The position numbers and the translations under genes were made by a program. DNA of 63,993 nucleotides, filler included, from Chiloscyllium plagiosum (lineage: Eukaryota): assembly GCF_004010195.1 (NCBI RefSeq). It is 5 parts of one record of this genome, joined end to end, with 100 filler letters (N's around TTAATTAATTAA, not from the genome) between each part and the next. Parts side by side here need not be neighbours in the genome. Positions count along the whole stretch, not along the records: positions 60,904 to 63,993 come from NC_057714.1; 4 more parts are not named here. One strand, 5' to 3'. This document shows, in pieces, positions 62,880 to 63,993 of this stretch (position 1 is its first letter; every line of letters begins with the position of its first letter). The notes under the pieces are model-generated. The model ran no database searches. It was not told the DNA's origin and saw only the letters and a program-made list of their open reading frames with translations.

Positions 62880-63993
62880 TCAGAACATAGAACAATACAG
62901 CGCAGAATAGGCCCTTCAGCCCTTGATGTTGTGCCGACCTGTGAACTATTCTCAGCTCATCCCCTACATTATCCCAAAATCATCCATGTGTTTATCTAAG
63001 GATTGTTTAAATCTCCCTAATGTGGCTGAGTTAACTACATTAGCAGGTAGGGCATTCCACACCCTTACCACACTCTGTGGAAAGAACCTGCCCCTGACAG
63101 CTGTCTTAAATCTGTCACCCCTCAATTTGTAGTTATGTCCCCTCATACAAGCTGACACCATCATCCTCGGGAAAAGGCTTTCACTGTCCACCCTATGTAA
63201 TGCTCTGATGATCTTGTATGTCTCCATCAAATCCTCTCTTAGCCGCCTTCTTGCCAATGAGAACAGACCCAAGTCTCTCAGCCTTTCCTCATAAGACCTT
63301 CCCTCCAGACCAGGCAACATCCTGGTAAATCTCTGCACCTTTTCCAATGCTTCCACATCCTTCCCGAAATATGGGGACCAGAACTGCACACAATATTCCA
63401 AGTGTGGCCGCTCTAGTGTTTTGTATAGTTGCAGCATAATATTGCAGCTCCGAAACTCAATCCCTCTACCAATAAAACCTATCACACCGTATGCCTTCTT
63501 AACAGCACTATCCACCTGGGTAGCAACTTTCAGGGATCTATGCACATGGACTCCAAGATCCCTCTGCACATCCACACTACCAAGAATCTTTCCATTGATC
63601 CAGTACTTGGCCTTCCTGTTATTTTTCCCAAAGTGCATCACCTCACATTTAGCTGCATTAAACTCCATTTGCCACCTCTCAGCCCAATTCTGCAGTTTAT
63701 CCAAGTCCCCCTGCAACCTGTAACATTCTTCCACACTGTCCACCACTCCACCGACTTTAGCGTCGTCTGCAAATTTACTAATCCATCCACCTATGTTATG
63801 CCTGCATCTAAGTCATTTATAAAAATGACAAACAGCAGTGGTCCCAAAACAGACCCTTGTGGCACACCACTAGTAACCGGACTCCAGGCTGAATACTTTC
63901 CATCAACCACCACTTGCTGCCTTCTTTCATAAAGCCAGTTTCTAATGCAAACTGCTAAATCACCCTCAATTCCATGCCTCTGCATTTTCTCCA
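62880..63993 (-). mobile_element. CR1-like LINE RT/C-terminus and tail
   Basis: ORFs 63791-63985 and 62964-63746. Confidence 0.93.

Overview
Repeat-dense vertebrate genomic DNA, almost certainly from a shark or ray. It carries HE1-type V-SINEs, many CR1/HER1-like LINE fragments, Penelope-like fragments with minimal hammerhead ribozyme cores, a Tx1/Keno-like element abutting a truncated U2 snRNA, and three minisatellites. Four 100-bp assembly joins contain a TTAATTAATTAA spacer. Host exons I recognise are one TMEM249 (CatSper theta)-like exon (39585-39685) and two consecutive MROH1 exons (57254-57408, 60125-60290). The standout feature is a ~3.8-kb, nearly repeat-free, CpG-retaining island (~32930-36800) with two intact head-to-head ORFs. 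One is a 211-aa protein resembling a bacterial EndoU-type polymorphic/CDI toxin RNase with an apparently intact His-His-Lys triad (35918-36553, +). The other is a ~140-aa protein resembling the cognate CdiI immunity family (35162-34751, -). Both have spliceosomal signals, and shark repeats flank them on the same contig. This suggests a horizontally acquired, domesticated bacterial toxin-immunity pair in a vertebrate genome. All family assignments are by eye from motif recall and need HMM or structure confirmation. Repeat boundaries are approximate.
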